A DNA stretch of 64,000 nt from Entomortierella parvispora E1425 (Eukaryota; Fungi; Mortierellomycota): positions 1,488,001 to 1,552,000 of the forward strand of contig BQFW01000011.1 of NCBI GenBank assembly GCA_020891255.1, written 5' to 3'. The position numbers were made by a program, and so were the translations under genes. Numbering within the stretch: the first letter of the stretch is position 1; every line of letters starts with the position of its first letter. The notes under the pieces were generated by a model that saw only the letters and a list, made by a program, of their open reading frames with translations, was not told where the DNA came from and ran no database searches. Shown in pieces: positions 63,301 to 64,000 of this stretch.

Positions 63301-63992
63301 GTTTCTCCTGTTTTCACCGTGTCCATGACGACGGCATCGCCTACAACACTCTGCCAAAGGGGGAGCAAATTCGACTTTGCCCATTCCTCGACCGGCTGAA
63401 GGCTCTGACCTCCCAACAACACTCCAGCCACGGGAGCCGTGTACCGCTGGACCTGTGAGAACACCGCGACGAAAGGTTTGGAAATTAATATACCCAATAG
63501 AGGAAGGATACGATCCACCACAAAATCGATGACTGGGTCCGTGACAAAATTCAAGACTCGGATTGGGATCCTGAGAACGTTGAACGGGTTCATCAGCACA
63601 AGGGTCTTTCCGATCGTATAAGGGCCTCCTACACCGACGGCCAAGCTAGCGCAGATAAGGGCCGACATCAAAAGTGCATTCTGGATCAACATGGCGTAGG
63701 ATCCACGCATGCCAATCACTTCCAGAACGCCATCCAGCTCGTCCACAATCATGTCGTCCTGGTCATCTATCACATCCACCGCGGGTTCAAGGTCGGGGAT
63801 TCCTGGAGGTGCTTCGGGGGCAGCAACAGGCGCAAGAGGCCGGGGCGCAACGACAGGCATGGGTTCTGGGAACGCTCTATGGACATGTGCATCTGCTGCA
63901 GGTGCGCCATATCCTTGTTGAAGTGACTCGAGCAGCTGCAGAGTATCTGAGGACATCTCCATGCCCATCAGCTCCTCCCGTTGTTGCATCAT
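60378..63992 (-). CDS. DOA10: Doa10/MARCH6 (TEB4)-type ER membrane E3 ubiquitin ligase, 5'-partial
   Basis: Exons ~63992..63033, 62946..62516, 62426..61801, 61717..61377 and 61286..60378 splice in frame. Motifs LDGVLEVIGMRG, IEMVVFPLFCG, HWLVGTAFM, RPGVMWLIRDPND and VREQLYLTGSLLHN. The RING-CH domain would lie beyond the window. Confidence 0.85.
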
Positions 63993-64000
63993 AAATTCTG

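Overview
Eukaryotic, intron-rich fungal genomic DNA. Gene content (CotH, a cullin-2 orthologue, a receptor-type hybrid histidine kinase) and style suggest an early-diverging fungus, probably Mortierellaceae (inference). I hand-built 15 protein-coding gene models: a 5'-partial hypothetical protein, a GPI-type secreted protein, an SH3 membrane protein, a Zn2Cys6 factor, a GATA factor, an HMT1/ABCB6-type ABC half-transporter, CUL2, TMEM135-like, CotH, a secreted micro-exon peptide gene, a DAGK/sphingosine-kinase-like enzyme, a 2355-aa hybrid histidine kinase, an AA11-like LPMO, an ICT1/Pth4 peptidyl-tRNA hydrolase and a 5'-partial Doa10/MARCH6 ligase. The standout, invisible to the ORF track, is at 41545-43458 (minus strand). 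What looks like a ~110-bp tandem repeat is a run of 16 canonical spliceosomal introns separated by fifteen 3-nt micro-exons. These join a signal-peptide exon to a short terminal exon, giving a 38-aa secreted peptide in which each micro-exon contributes exactly one amino acid and cannot create a stop codon. Also notable are a ~3.1-kb near-perfect palindrome (32281-35431) and a histidine kinase built on a receptor-guanylyl-cyclase-like chassis. All gene models come from manual reading; no RNA or database evidence was available.
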